Assembly (NCBI GenBank): GCA_026770705.1
Contig: JANJGN010000151.1
Coordinates: forward strand, 620,001-684,000
Source of the DNA: Isurus oxyrinchus
Lineage: Eukaryota
DNA length: 64,000 bases
Direction: 5' to 3'
The position numbers and the translations under genes were made by a program. The notes beneath the pieces are model-generated. The model was not told the DNA's origin. It did no database searches and saw only the letters and a program-made list of their open reading frames with translations. Numbering within the stretch: position 1 is the stretch's first letter; each line of letters opens with the position of its first letter. This document shows, in pieces, positions 1 through 12,945 of the stretch.

Positions 1-308
1 AACATTTGTTCCTTTGCCGTGAGTTATTTTATAAACAGCAGTGCGCCGATATAAATGGATCCCGGCCACCTTCATGTGTTTGTATTCTCAATGGATATGG
101 CGACCACTGAGACATTCCCAAATAAACAACAGGATTCTGCTCCACACATTTAATACAGTAATCAGACTGAATCAATATTCAATGTGAGCGATTTTAGATG
201 GTGCTTATGTGGATTGTGTCCGTACATGATGGACTGACGTGTCAGTGTCTGACCCGCTGTTATAAACATCCCTCAACAGACACCAGCTGTGCCCCAGATA
301 ACTGCAGC

Positions 309-347
309 AGTTATTGTGCGAGGCTTTCTCTCGTTCCCATCACTCTG
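309..347 (-). other. 23-RSS of first V (heptamer CAGAGTG, 23-bp spacer, nonamer ACAATAACT)
   Basis: Read directly; the third heptamer base is G instead of C. Confidence 0.85.
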
Positions 348-1388
348 AGACTCTGTGCACAGTAATAGACCGCGGCGTCAGACAGCCGCAACTCCGAGAT
401 TGTCAATCGGTACGACTTGTCCGTCTGCTGGACTGTATCAGAAAACCGGCTCTGAGCGAAATCCGCCTTAAATTCTGAACCGCCTCCCGGGAGCCTCCGG
501 ACTGCAAACTCGGGCTGTCTGCCTGGGTACTGCCGGTACCAGAATAAGTAATAAGCATCGCCGGTATAGGTGCAGGTTAAAGTGACATCTCCTTCCTCTG
601 TCTGTGTGACTGAGGATTCCCGCTGAGTAACAGAATCTCCATCGCTCAGACCTGGAACACACGGTTAAAGAAAGAGCAAATCAGCGATTAAAACTTTCAC
701 GGAACAGAACTGAGGGTGAAAATTCACAGCCAGTGTTACATAAATTAAATGTAATTTCGAGCATACAACAGTTAATTCGGCCTAAATGGTCCATCTCCAT
801 GTTTCCATCCCCGAAGAGCATCCTCACTCTCTTAGCAAATCCTTCGAACCTTTTGTTCCTCTTCCACTTATCTCGTTTCCCTTCATTAAAACTAAAGTCT
901 TTGTCTCAACTGCTCCTTGTAGCATTGAATTCCTTATTCTAAAAAGTAAAGATAATTGTCATGGATCCCCTATTGAGTCTTTTTCGTGACTCATATATTT
1001 ATAACCCATACTTTAGAAATCCTACACAAGTGAAATTATATTTTCCGTCGAACTTCTTCATCATTTTGAAGACCTCTATTCGGTTCCCCCTCAGTTTCTC
1101 TTTACCTGAGGGTAGAACCCCAGTCTGTACAGTTCTTGCTGAATTCCAGTACCATAATTGTAATTGGGTTTCTTTTCATTTTCTTTTGTGGTCTGTGTTC
1201 TTCTGATTAAAGACCAGAACATTTCCCCATAAATCCAAGTGTGGACCGATCAAGATCCGAAACATGGTTAACATGAATTTTCCGCCTTTTAAATTGATTC
1301 TCCCAGAAATTAAGCCCACTTTTCAAATTTTAAACTTCTTACCGACAATGAATGTGACCCAGGCCACAGCGAGAACGGAGAGCCGCAT
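348..1388 (-). CDS. TCR alpha/delta V gene segment, open frame (leader 1343-1388, V exon 348-651) with non-canonical RSS heptamer
   Basis: Leader MRLSVLAVAWVTFIV + GTAAG donor. The V exon reads GLSDGDSVTQRESSVTQTEEGDVTLTCTYTGDAYYLFWYRQYPGRQPEFAVRRLPGGGSEFKADFAQSRFSDTVQQTDKSYRLTISELRLSDAAVYYCAQS, with Cys, WYRQ and YYC intact. Confidence 0.92.
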
Positions 1389-1448
1389 CGCTGCTGCTCC
1401 GGGGAAGTTTTGTGTCTCAGAAGTCGGCAGAAGACCGGACAAGAAAAG

Positions 1449-1545
1449 CTGAGTCAATTGGCTGAGGCGGATCTGACGTCGCTTCCTGAGGATATGGGAT
1501 CGAAAGAGCTGAAATCACTGGACCTGATTGGCCTGACGTGACTCC
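1449..1545 (-). promoter_or_regulatory. V promoter region with AP-1 (TGAGTCA), CRE-like (TGACGTC, TGACGTG) and CCAAT motifs
   Basis: Motifs lie 60-160 bp upstream of the leader ATG; CRE-type elements are typical of TCR V promoters. Confidence 0.5.
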
Positions 1546-3386
1546 AGCAGTCACGAGTCGGTGTTTATTACAGAGAACTGGGACATTAAGGCCGCATTCT
1601 CTCTCTGTGACCTTATGAATTGGCATGGGGTCAGACTCTGACGTTCATCCATGTGGGACCTGGGTCAAATCCAGGCCAGGGAGAGGGTGATGGTCTCCAA
1701 CTTGTGATTGGTTACAGGGTGTGCCAGCGGATCAAACACTGACCTTTCCCTCTCGATGAATTGGGTTCGAAACCAGTGGTTAGGACAATTATTATTTGTG
1801 ATGGGCACGAATCACATCAGTGGGTTTAATGTCCCTATTTCTCCTGTACTTAAATCGAGCTCATAAAATGAATAAAGTCCGCTTCGGGTTTTGGAAACGA
1901 AGACCTTAGTATTTTGCGGGGTGTGAGAAGCCGTTTTTGTGGTTGGGCCCAGATATGAACGACTTGTGCTGTTTGCATTGGCTGCACATTATGGACCAGA
2001 ATGGCTCCCCATTCGCCTAAATACCTGTTTTTAAACCCGTCTGTGAGGAAGGTTTGGGGGAGAAACAGATTGAGGCTCAGGGAAAAAAACTGAGGGAGAG
2101 ACAGAGTTGAATCACGATTAAACATCCGCAATCTATATTTGGCTTATGGTTTTCATAGCAGTTTTCATGAAACGGGTATTATACCGGGTGGTTAAAAGTT
2201 GCCCATATTTCTATTGGTAAGCCGAACGGGCAAAGACCCTGGATTGCTTTCCGTCAAAGACATTATCAAGCCAGCTGGGACTTATGACCATCCAACAGTG
2301 TCGTGCCACCACCAGTACTAGCTTTAACTCCAGGCGTTTATTTTATCAGCAGAAATTAAATTCCTCAAGTGCCGTGGTCTGAATGCAAATCAAGTAGTCG
2401 GATTATTAAACCAGTTACCTCAGATTGCCAGTATGGTAACATAACCACAGAATGCGCGGGCCCATAGCTGCTCCAGTGCACAAACACGATGTGTGCGCTT
2501 CGTCTTGTGCTGATGTGTGGCAAATAGCATTTTCCCGACAATTCACTAGATTCGCATATTACTGAATGATGTTCTTGCTTGATTATGCCGCGTTCTTCTT
2601 GTTCTTCTTACCCCTATTATAATATTCTTTAATACAGGTGAACCGATGCATGGAACCAGTACCAACTCCAGTTCAAATTCTAGTGATTGTCTTTGTTTAT
2701 TTTCAAAATGCCAGGCATACCTGTTAATTCATGCTCGTTTTAAGCATAATGAAATGACAGAGGTCCCGGTAAGATTCCGACATTTAAATGTCCACGCAAA
2801 GAAATTATGTCAGTTTGACTCCTGATTCACACCTAACCTATATAGTGTGGGATTTCAGTGTAGCTGCTTCCATTTTAAACATGTTTCTGCTCTGTGGTTT
2901 TTATATATTGTCTATTATATCTTCCCCTAACACTTGAACGCGTTGTTTGGAGAACTCTTTGAATGGTAGATTGGGAGATATTGGACTTTCTACGTTCTGC
3001 ACTCCCAGGAACACGACAGAAGGAGACAGAGAGATAACAATTGAAAGAGGGGAAGGGGCGCAGAGAGACAGGAGCGAAAGAGGCTCAGAGAGACGGAACG
3101 ACTGAGAACGGGAGAGAAAAGAGATTGAAAGGCAGACATAGGTACGAAGACAGAGCCATTGACATGGAAAAACATAGCGATACAGGAAGACAGCCAGATC
3201 AAGTTGTTGATATACAATTAACATTAATTGGTGCACAACTGTCGTCAGTACTGAGAGACCAGGCAATCCTATACCTGTGAATCGCCCCCGAGTTTCCAAA
3301 TGCAGGGTAAGTGAAGCCTCTCCCGGATATCCGTTTACTCTTTCATGTCGGAATAGAAGTCATTCTGTTAGTCTAAACCAGGCACC

Positions 3387-3740
3387 ATGTGACCCCTATA
3401 TTCCTAATATTGGTCTTGCTGCCCGGTGAGTTTGTTTTTAATGATCAATGTCTCTTCCATGGATTATATTCACCGTCAGATATTTAGTAAGTTCTGTAAT
3501 GTGTTACAGAAACTATTGGCGAAGATGAATTGTCTCAGGGCCCCTCTGAATTAACAGCTCTGGAAGGGCAGACCATAATACTGAACCGCAATTAATCGAC
3601 AATTGGTGCTCGAACTCTCTCCTGGTGCGTCAAGTATCCCGGGATGCTCCGGGATATTTATTGAAGGTACACAGCGCGGGAGATACGTCTCAGGATTTTT
3701 CAGACAGGTTCTCAGAGAATCATAGAAAGATAGCGGAGCT
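3387..3740 (+). pseudogene. TCR V pseudogene
   Basis: Broken leader (..IFLILVLLP|GTGAG). V relic IGEDELSQGPSELTALEGQTIILNRN*STIGARTLSWCVKYPG..YLLKVHSAG..DFSDRFS with a stop and a frameshift; no RSS seen. Confidence 0.7.
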
Positions 3741-4141
3741 GAAAGAGGTTACTTGGCGCATCATTGTCTGCGCCGGCTGAAAAACGAGTCACCCAGTCTA
3801 ATCCCACTTTCCACTTTAAACTCCTACCACTTTAAATTGATCGCTGAGTTACCAGTTGAAATCAGCACAATATAAAAATGCAATTGCACAAGTGAGACTT
3901 GCCTGATTTTGCTAACTGTGGTTTTGTTACTATTTTGGTGGTGGTGGTGGGGATAGGGGGGTGGGTGGGGAGGGGGGGGGGGCGGTGGGCGGGTTGTGGT
4001 GGGGGATATCCCAGATATTCCCACTGTGGAGGCTGTTTGGGAGCTTTGTTTTGTCGGTGTGACAGCGCCCTCTGGCGAGCACCAACTGCAAACCCCAGTG
4101 TTGGTTTTTGTGTGGAGTCCGCTTTTCTCTGCAGCAGTGTG

Positions 4142-4606
4142 GATCTCATGGCACAGAAATACACGGCGGTGTCAGAGATCACGACCTTACCGATCGGTGA
4201 TCTTGGCTGTTCTTTCGAACGCAGAATTAGTGCGGGCAGCCAAACCTGGGTTGCAGTTTATTATGCCTCCAATAATATAAAACATTTTCTGTGGAGGCTC
4301 CCCGGGATGCTGACTGTACCAGAGCACAGTAGGATTACCAGCGTTTGTTTTTAAGGTGCAGTTTAGGGTGAGATTGCCTTCCTCTTCAGCAACCTTTTCA
4401 AGAACCGACTGTTCCACTTTGTCTTGGCGGCTCAATTCTAACATAAAATAAGAATAAGAGACATCGATATTGTTAACATCATCATCATTTCACAAAACAG
4501 TGACATCTGGATGAGGGTGTTTCTGGGAATAATGAATTTTTCGTGGGCGTGAACACTTACTGAGAAGGGATACAACGATGAGGAGCAGTGTGAGACGGTT
4601 CTGCAT
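4142..4606 (-). pseudogene. TCR V pseudogene (leader 4561-4606, V exon 4142-4437) with intact 23-RSS at 4103-4141
   Basis: Leader MQNRLTLLLIVVSLL. V reads ..LTLNCTLKTNAGNPTVLWYSQHPGEPPQ..TAKITD/frameshift/ISDTAVYFCAMR. RSS CACACTG-23-ACAAAAACC. Confidence 0.9.
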
Positions 4607-5461
4607 GATGTTCGCTGTGTCTGTAACTGTGAAGTCAAGGGAAACCCTCTGTCGGAGCAGAAGTACAGAATCCTACCCCGAGTCCCCACTGAATTGCTCA
4701 TCCAATCAATTCCAAGCAGAGAACAAAGGCAGCAAATTCTCCAATAATAAAGGGCAAGGAAGGGGGTGATGCTGACGACAGCAAACCGATGCTGTGGGCG
4801 GGGTTATAGCTGGTAGTGATATCACACAGTCGGATTCATCTGCAAACAAGTGAACTCAGGAGTAATGTCTCCTTCGAAAAGGATGTAACCCTGACTCTCT
4901 AGGACCGTTGTGGTAATTCATATTCATTCCATACTGGATACAAGTAAGTTCGGGACAGGAGTATCAGGATTGTAATATTATTCAGTAATACGTAAATGTT
5001 TAATGAATAACCTCTCTTGAATCCAGGGCTAAATCTACAGGCATCGGGGTTGGACTGATTCTGAATTACTGGACAGAGAAGTAGCAAAGGACCATCTACT
5101 TAAATTAAAGACTAAAAGAAGAAACTGTGCACAATTCTGTTTACCAAATGGAGACGGGTTGATAGGAAACACATCAGCAGGGAAATGCGTCGATAAAGAA
5201 AAGTGGAATTGAGGCATTACATTGCCATTTGTAAAGCTCGCTTTAATTATAAATTCAAATTTCAACGGCAAACTAATCGAAACAGCTGTTCTTGATGAAT
5301 GTTAAATGTTTAATGATCTTTTAACAAGGTTCACCTGATCTCACAGTGGGATTTGAATCATTCCTTCTGTTTTGACGGTGTGAGTGCGCCCTCTGCTCAG
5401 CGCAAACTGAAAAACTCTGTGAGTTGCAGTCTGGGACCCGCTATCTCTCTGCAGCAGTGTT

Positions 5462-5949
5462 GGGCTCATGGCACATCAATACAAGGTGGAGTTGGAAATC
5501 AGCATGTTGCCGATCGTTAGATCAGTGATCTTGGCAGTTTTATTAAGCGTAGAAGAAAACCGATCAGTGATCTCGCTGCTCCTGTGCACATTCTCTCCAA
5601 TATGATGAAACACCCACTCTGGAGGCTGCCTGGGATGCTCACTGTGCCAGTACACATAAAAGCTGTGATTTCTTGCTTTCAAAGTGCAAGTTTGTGCGAA
5701 ATTAATTTTCTCTTCCTCCATTATTTCATGAGCCGGCTGTTCCATTGTGTCCTGGTAGTTCCATTCTAACATTAAAGAAAAGTAAAAACAATAGTCAGTC
5801 AACATAAGCGTCGTGATCGCCGTCACCATTATTTGAACAGCAATGACATCTGGGTCACAGCAATCAGGAGGACAATGGATTTTACCGGGAAGGAGATGCT
5901 TACTGAGAAATGATATATCAATGAGGAGCGGAGTGAAATTGTCCCCCAT
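5462..5949 (-). pseudogene. TCR V pseudogene, tandem paralog of the 4142-4606 segment
   Basis: Leader MGDNFTPLLIDISFL. V reads ..QTCTLKARNHSFYVYWHSEHPRQPPE..NSTLY*CAM, with a stop before the second Cys; RSS decayed. Confidence 0.88.
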
Positions 5950-7475
5950 AATACGTCCTCAGTCTGCAACCTACGTGCCAAAACTCTTCTGTCAAAGCAG
6001 AAAGATAGATCTCCGTCCCACTGCACTGCTGACCCGAACAATGAAAAGAATGAATCAGTGTCAGTAAACTCTCCAATTACAATCGGTTCAGAGTGGGAAC
6101 AGGAAACGAAAGCTGCGGGCGGGGATACCGCAGACTCGATATTAAGTGAAGTGCACGGTGACTCTCAGCTGCTCTCTGAACTGAGGGAGCGGAAATAGCG
6201 ACGGGTGAAATTTCACAACTTTGTGACAATCCTGCACCTGCTCACTGTTTAAGTGACAGGGAACAAATCGAGCAGAAGAGGCATGAATAAACTTGAATCA
6301 TAGAATTTTAAACTATTGAATTAGACCATTTGCCATACCATCCCTGTGTCTGTTTGGAAGAGTTATCAAATCGTCTTTCAACTCTTGCAATTTCCGCATG
6401 AGGGGCAAGTTTTCCCATTTTCAACGTACAAAACATTTCCTTCTGAAGGTTACGATTGAATATTCTTCTTCCATCCTTTGGGTCGTGCAGTTAAGATTTT
6501 GACACGGTGTATTAAGTGAATTTCATCTTTTTCTCATCTTTTTTTTTCTCTGAAAATGGGGCTCATGGGTTATCGAATTTTCTGCTACTAGACACAATAA
6601 TGCGTGATTTATTACATCAGACCTTTTATCATTTTGAGTACTTCAATTAATTATCTTCTTTAAATAGTTGAGAAAGGAATAACGCCCGTTTCCCTCGTTT
6701 GCTGACAGTTAAGGGCGTCACACTTGGTACCTGCCTGGTCTATTACTTCTAATGTCTAATATCTGATATCTTGTCATTTTGTATGAATATTGGTCCCCTG
6801 ATTTTTAAGCAGTATCATGGAAAGAATTGCATTACTTTCTGGCATAAACATAAAAAAAGCCTAGGTCTGATCAGCTCCAAATTAAATATCTGGGAAACAA
6901 TGTCTGACATGCATCCTTTAATATGTATACCAATGAACCCTCCACCCACTGAAAGGCCCCATTCTAAAAGAAATCGAACAGAGCTCCCTGAAGAGCGCAC
7001 TAAGTTCATTCATGTTGATTAGAAAGTCACGTGTGACCAACACCGGGGCCTATAAGGATGGTAGCCTGAGTGTAGTCACAACGTGCCTGGCCCCCTGCAG
7101 TGTGAGGTTGGAACAATGAGCTGATCAGAGCCTGGGTTCCCTCTCTCCTTCTCACTCTCTGGCCCAATGCATTCACATTTACTGAGAGAGATTCAGTCAG
7201 ACATGTTTCTGATAATACTGGCTGTGCTGTTGGACAGTAAGTACTGAATTATGTTCATCAAGGCTGGTTAGCAGGTTTGCATGAGGATTTATTGCGGCTA
7301 GCGATCGGGTACATGCATATTATAGACAGCTTTGTAGGTGGGGATTTGCACATACATACAGATAGACACAAGTTTAGAGTTAAGCTCGTGCTCTTTTGTT
7401 TATCTACCTCCAGAGTCGGACTATTTGCAGATCCAGTAACTCACTCTCCGCTGACACCAACTGTTTCAGATGTGA

Positions 7476-8160
7476 TAAAAGCAAAAATCTGCGGATGCTG
7501 GAAATCCAAACCAAAAATAAAAATACAAATACCTGGAAAAACTTAGCAGGTCTGACAGCATCTGCGGAGAGGAACACAGTTAACGTTTCGAGTCCGTATG
7601 ACTCTTCTTCAGAACTAAGGAAAAATAGAAGAAATGTGAAATATAAGCTGGTTTAAGGGGGCGCGCCTGGGGTGGGACAAGTAGGGCTGGATAGAGCGCC
7701 AAAAGATAACCAAAAGATGTCACAGCCGAAAGGACAAAGAGATGTTGACGGTGGTGATGTTATCTATGAAATGTGCTAATAGGTGACATTAAGGGTAGAA
7801 ATCAGGACGAGCAAGGTACAGATAGCCCTAGTGGGGGTGGGGTGGGGAGCAGGGATCGAAATAAGCTAAAAGGTAGAGATAAAGCAATGGTTGGAAATAC
7901 ATTTAAGAATAATGGAAGTAGCTGGGAAAAGAAAAATCTATATTAATTATTGGAAAAAACGGGGATCGGCAAGGGGGTGGGGATGGAGGAGAGAGTTCAT
8001 GATCTAAACTTGTTGAACTCAATATTCAGTCCAGAAGGCTGTAAAGTGCCTTGTCGGAAGATGACGTGCTGTTCCTCCAGTTTGCATTGAGCTTCACTGG
8101 AACATTGCAGCAGGCCAAGAATGTGGGCATGACAGCAGGGTGGTGTGTTGAAATGCATGT
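7476..8160 (-). mobile_element. Penelope-like element 3' fragment / pseudo-LTR
   Basis: Closely similar to 9985-10620, the 3' end of the GIY-YIG element; carries a hammerhead-like motif at 7578-7616. Confidence 0.8.
7578..7616 (-). ncRNA. Minimal hammerhead-ribozyme-like motif in the Penelope repeat
   Basis: Minus strand reads AGTT-CTGAAGA-A-GAGTC-ATACG-GACTC-GAAAC-GTT-AACT: core boxes, stem I (AGTT/AACT), stem II (GAGTC/GACTC) and a loopless palindromic stem III. Confidence 0.6.
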
Positions 8161-8749
8161 CCATCCTGCTCTCACTCACTTATTAGGAGACTCAGAGCCC
8201 TCTTCCAGGGAGATTGTTATCAAACTCCCAGTTCTTTGATGATGGAAGAGACTACAAATTGTCACCCTCTCCCTCAGAAGGCTTTTCTATGATCCTTATT
8301 GCGAGGTAACACATTGTGTCTCAAACGAACAGGAATTGGTGGCACCGTCTGTCACTGAAGTGTCGCTAACAATCAGAACACTTCACTATGCTAAATTGGG
8401 CGAAGCTTTGATCCTATTTCCATCGCTAGTACTTGTCGCCAGGTGCTGCACTGTTCAGTCTGGATATTGTCTGTAACATTGTTGGATCCGCCTTGCTACA
8501 GTGATAATACAGGTCAATGATACAATGTCCCCTTCTGCAACAGCCGTTGACTGTCATGTTCCATCACTGCCAGTTGCATTAGATATAATGTCGCATAATT
8601 AGTAAAATATAACGCAACTCCTTATAACATACAACAATAAAATATAAAATAACAAAATACAAGTTGATAGAATACAGGAAAATGCAATTCAACAGAATAT
8701 AGCATAACTATATTTTATATATATGTACATATATACACATAAATATATT

Positions 8750-9010
8750 TAGAACCCCGGCAAATCGGGAAATTTGAATTCAATACAAATCTGGGAATAT
8801 GACGATGAAACCACTGTCGGTTGTCGTAAAAACCCATATAGTTCATTTATGCTCTATAGGGCAGGAAATCTACCATCCTTACTTGGCCTGGCCAACATGT
8901 GACTCCAGTCCCATAGCAACGTAGTTGACTCTTAAATTACCCTGTGAACAAGGTCAGCTAGAGAAGGATGGGTAATAAATGGTGGCCCAGCCGGCGACGT
9001 CCACACACTA
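8750..9010 (+). mobile_element. SINE/LINE-UTR-like interspersed repeat (related copies at ~20650-20900, ~53350-53720 and, inverted, ~2230-2450 and ~60060-60260)
   Basis: The best-preserved copies share blocks such as GGAAATC..CCTTACCTGG.CTGGCCTACATGTGACTCCAG and AATAAATG.TGG. Confidence 0.55.
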
Positions 9011-9468
9011 TAAATGAATAATATATGTTATACTGTGGTAATATAAATTGCACTATATACGATATTATACTCATATTGTATCTAATGATGTGTGCTGCAA
9101 TCACTTGGAGGATAGAGTGCGAAATCCAGAAAGGCCATCAATAAAATGAAGCTTAGCTTCATGTCGTGTCCTATCAGCTTCGGTAAATTAATTCTCGGGA
9201 GATCCAGGTCAGGGTAGCTGCTTCTGAAGTCAGTGCTGTTGCGCATGAATCTTAACGAGCATCAGAACGCTGTACCCGCTAGAAACAGGCTTCTGGGACT
9301 TCACCTCACAGAGTGAAGTATGAGGGAGGTTCTCGTTCAGCTTTGGTGGAAGTTGGGTGGAGCGTTCCGTTCGTTATCCTGAATCAAACCGAATAATGGA
9401 AACAGAGAGAACACAAATCGTGAGCAATGATCTCCGTGATCCTTTCAAATTTGATCATTTAAACCAGG

Positions 9469-9484
9469 CCAGCAGGTGGCGCTG
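9469..9484 (+). promoter_or_regulatory. Strong CTCF-like motif CCAGCAGGTGGCGCTG (about ten further motifs listed under findings)
   Basis: Matches the vertebrate CTCF core consensus by eye. Confidence 0.6.
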
Positions 9485-9984
9485 CCGGGTCGCTGTGTCT
9501 ACCACAGGTCATATTGTCCCAAAGAATGCTGACTGGCATTTGCTTCGATCTAAATTCACAAACAAATATTATTTTCAGTCCTTCGATTTGGATTCATAAT
9601 ATTCTATCTTTGTTAATGTTAAAAATATCATACCTTACTTGATTACTAATAAGCTAGTTACCTCAAGTTGACAGTTTGAAATTAAATACGTTTGCCACTA
9701 CATTGGATTACAATTCGGATTGGGTTGGGATTTTTCTGTCATCCAAAATTTGCTTTCACCCGCACACTTCAACCGGAGCTCAATGGTGAAGGCTTTTGCA
9801 GCTAAATAATAGCATTGGAATTCATTTCGCGAACCTGGGACTAACATGGTTCTCATAGAGAGGTGGAGTTATATCATTTTCAATGGGCATCTTAATATTG
9901 AAGCAACTTCCTCACGCCTGTTTTGACCATGTGCTGCACAGGTAAATGCTGCAATTAAACAGCGACGACAGGTATGATACCCTG

Positions 9985-12402
9985 AACAAAAACAGAATTA
10001 CTTGGAAAAACTCAGCAGGTCTGGCAGCATCGGCGGAGAAGAAAAAAGTTGATGTTTCGAGTCCTCATGACGCTTACACAGAACTGGGTGAATATAAGGA
10101 GAGGGGTGAAATATAAGCTGGTTTAAGGTGGGTGGGGGAGGGGTGTGAAGTGGGGGTGGGTGGTGGTGGTGTGGTTGTAGGGACAAGCAAGCAGTGATAG
10201 GAGCAGATAATCAAAAGATGTCACAGACAAAAGAACAAAAGAGCACAGAGGTGTTGAAGGTGGTGATATTATGTAAACGAATGTGCTAGTTAAGAATGGA
10301 TGGTAGGGCACTCAAGGTACAGCTCTAGTGGGGGTGGGGTGGAAAGAGTAGCAGGGCATAAAATATTTAAAAATAATGGAAATAGGTGGGAAAAGAAAAA
10401 TCAATATAAATTATTGGAAAAACAAAAGGAAGGGGGAAGAAACAGAAAGGGGCTGGGGTTGGAGGAGGGAGGTCAAGACCTAAAGTTGCTGAATTCAATA
10501 TTCAGTTCGGAAGGCTGTAAAGTGCCTAGTCAAAGATGAGGTGCTATTCCTCCAGTTTGCGTTAGGCTTCACTGGAACAATGCAGCAAGCCAAGAACAGA
10601 CTTGTGAACAAGGGAGCAGGGTTGAGTGTTAAAATGGCAAGCAACAGGGAGGTTTGGGTCATTCTTGCGGACAGACCACTGGTGTTCTGCAAAGCGGTCG
10701 CCCAGTTTATGTTTGGTCTCTCCAATGTAGAGGAGACCACATTGGGAGCAACGAATGCAGTAGACTAATTTGGGGGAATGCAAGTGAAATGCTGCTTCAC
10801 TTGAAGTGAAGTCCTTGGACGGTGAGGAGAGAGGATGTGAAGCGGCAAGTGTTGCATCTTTTGCATGGGCATGGGGAGGTGCCATAGGTGTGTGTTGAGG
10901 AGTAGGAGGTGATGGAGGAGTGGGCCAGGGTGTGCGGAAGGAACGATCCCTATGGAATTCCGCCGGGGCGTGTGAAGGGAAGATGTATTTGGTGGTGGCA
11001 TCATGCTGGAGTTGGCGGAAATGGCAGAGGATGATCCCTTGAATGCAGAGACTGATGGGGCGATAAGTGAGGATAAAGGGGGACCCTATCATGTTTCTGG
11101 GAGGGAGGAGAAGGCGTGAGGGCGGATGCACGGGAGATGGGCCAGACATGGTTGAGGGCCTTGTCAACAACCATGGGTGGAAAATCTCAGTTAAGGAAGA
11201 AGGAGGACATTTCAGAGGAACTGTTTTTGAAGGTAGCATCATCAGAACAAATGCGACGGAGGCGAAGGAACTGAGAGAATGGGGTGTATTCCTTACAGGA
11301 AGCAGGGTGTGAGGAGCTGTAGTCGAGGTAGCTGTGGGAGTCGTTAGGCTTGTAATGGATATTGGTGGACAGTCTATCACGAGAGATTGAGACCGAGAGG
11401 TCAAGGAAGGGAAGGGAAGTGTCAGAGATGGACCATGTGAAAATGATGGAGGCGTGGAGATTGGAAGCAAAATTAATAATTTTTTCCAAGTCCCGACGAG
11501 AGCATGAAGCAGCACCGAAATAATCATCGATGTACCAGAGAAAGAGTTGTGAAGGGGGCCATAGTAGGACTGGAACAAGGAATGTTCCACATACCCAATA
11601 AAGAGACAGGCATAGCTGGGGCCCATGCGGGTACCCATAGCCACCCCTTTTATTTGGAGGAAGTGAGAGGAGTTAAAGGAGAAATTGTTCAGTGTGAGAA
11701 CAAGTTCAGCCAGACGGAGGAGCGCAGTGGTGGATGGGGATTGTTCGGGCATCTGTTCGAGGAAGAAGCTAAGGGCCCTCAGACCATCCTGGTGGGGGAT
11801 GGAGTTGTAGAGGGATTGGACGTCCATGGTGAAGAGGAAGCGGTGGGGCCAGGGAACTGGAAATTGTTGATGTGGCGTAAGATGTCAGAGGAATCACGGA
11901 TGTAGGTGGGAAGGGACTGCACAAGGGGAGAGAGAAGGAAGTCAAGATAATGAGAAATGAGTTCTGAGGGCCCGGAGCAGGCAAAAGCGATCAGTCCACC
12001 GGGACAGTTCTGGTTGTGGATTTTGGGTAGGAGGTAGAAGCGGGCCATCCTAGGTTGGGCGACTATCAGGTTGGAAGCCGTGGGAGGAAGATCTCTAGCG
12101 GAGATGAGGTCAGTGACAGTCCTGGAAACAATGGTTTGATGTTCAGTGGTGAGGTCATGGTCCAGGGAGAGGTACGAGGAAGTGTTTGTGAGTTGACGCT
12201 CAGCCTCCGCGAGATGGAGGTCAGTGCGCCAGACAACAGCAACACCACCCTTGTTAGTGGGTTTGATGACAATGTTGGGGTTGGATCTGAGAGAACGGAA
12301 TGCAGTAAGTTCAGAGAGGGACAGATTAGAATGGGTGAGAGGAGCAGAGAAATTAAGACAACTCACTTGAGATATGATACCCTTTGACGCTGCCAATGTC
12401 AA
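9985..12402 (-). mobile_element. Penelope-like retrotransposon, 5'-truncated and frameshifted (reverse transcriptase + GIY-YIG endonuclease)
   Basis: ORF pieces include IVIKPTNKGG, FYLLPKIH, MDVQSLYNSIP, GVAMGTRMGPSYACLF, LPFLDLSV and VYCIRCSQCGLLYIGETKHKLGDRFAEH. Confidence 0.9.
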
Positions 12403-12789
12403 GGTATCATGAAAAGATATCCCTTACTGCCAGTATCCAAGACATTCTCGACTGCATTCCCTCCAGTTCGAAACCGACTCTCGGATCTCTTTCAAATTCA
12501 TCTGCAGTTATTATCTCAACACCAGCAGGTCTGCATGTTTTCCATTCTACCTTCTTACTGTTCAATTATTAAGGCAATTTTATATTTTGTTCCAGCCATA
12601 TCAATTGTTTGTTTCCTACCCCCACCCCCCCACCCCCAATCCCACCAGCATCCCCCACCCCGGCCCTCTCGGCTGGGTAGATCCATTCATTGGCAGCAAT
12701 AACACTGGTGTCTCCCTTGAATTCGGTAGTCCTGAGTGCCTTAAAAGATTAACTTTCTGACTCACTGCTCAGACCAGTCACCTTCCTCT

Positions 12790-12945
12790 AAAAAGTTAGG
12801 CGTAGTTCTGTCGAAGGGTCATGAGGAGTCGAAACGTCAACTCTTTTCTTCTCCACCGATGCTGCCAGACCTGCTGAGCTTTTCCAGGTAATTCTGTTTT
12901 TGTTTTGGATTTCCAGCATCCGCAGTTTTGTTTTGTTTTTATCTC
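12790..12945 (+). mobile_element. Short Penelope terminal-repeat copy in opposite orientation
   Basis: Reverse complement of 7476-7620 and 9985-10090; contains AGTT-CTGTCGA..GAAAC-GTC-AACT. Confidence 0.75.

Larger units (their letters stand above)
7203..8337 (+). pseudogene. Probable V pseudogene whose V exon was disrupted by a Penelope insertion
   Basis: TATAA at 7051; leader MFLIILAVLLD|GTAAGT (7203-7236); acceptor TTTCAG at ~7469 immediately followed by the retroelement. Degenerate ..FQG..YC.. and CACATTG appear after the insertion. Confidence 0.4.

Noticed and set aside
9985-12945. Terminal inverted repeats of a DNA transposon
   Set aside because: The inverted copies are Penelope terminal-repeat sequence. 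The internal ORFs are RT/GIY-YIG rather than a transposase, and ~400 bp of unrelated sequence separates the right copy.
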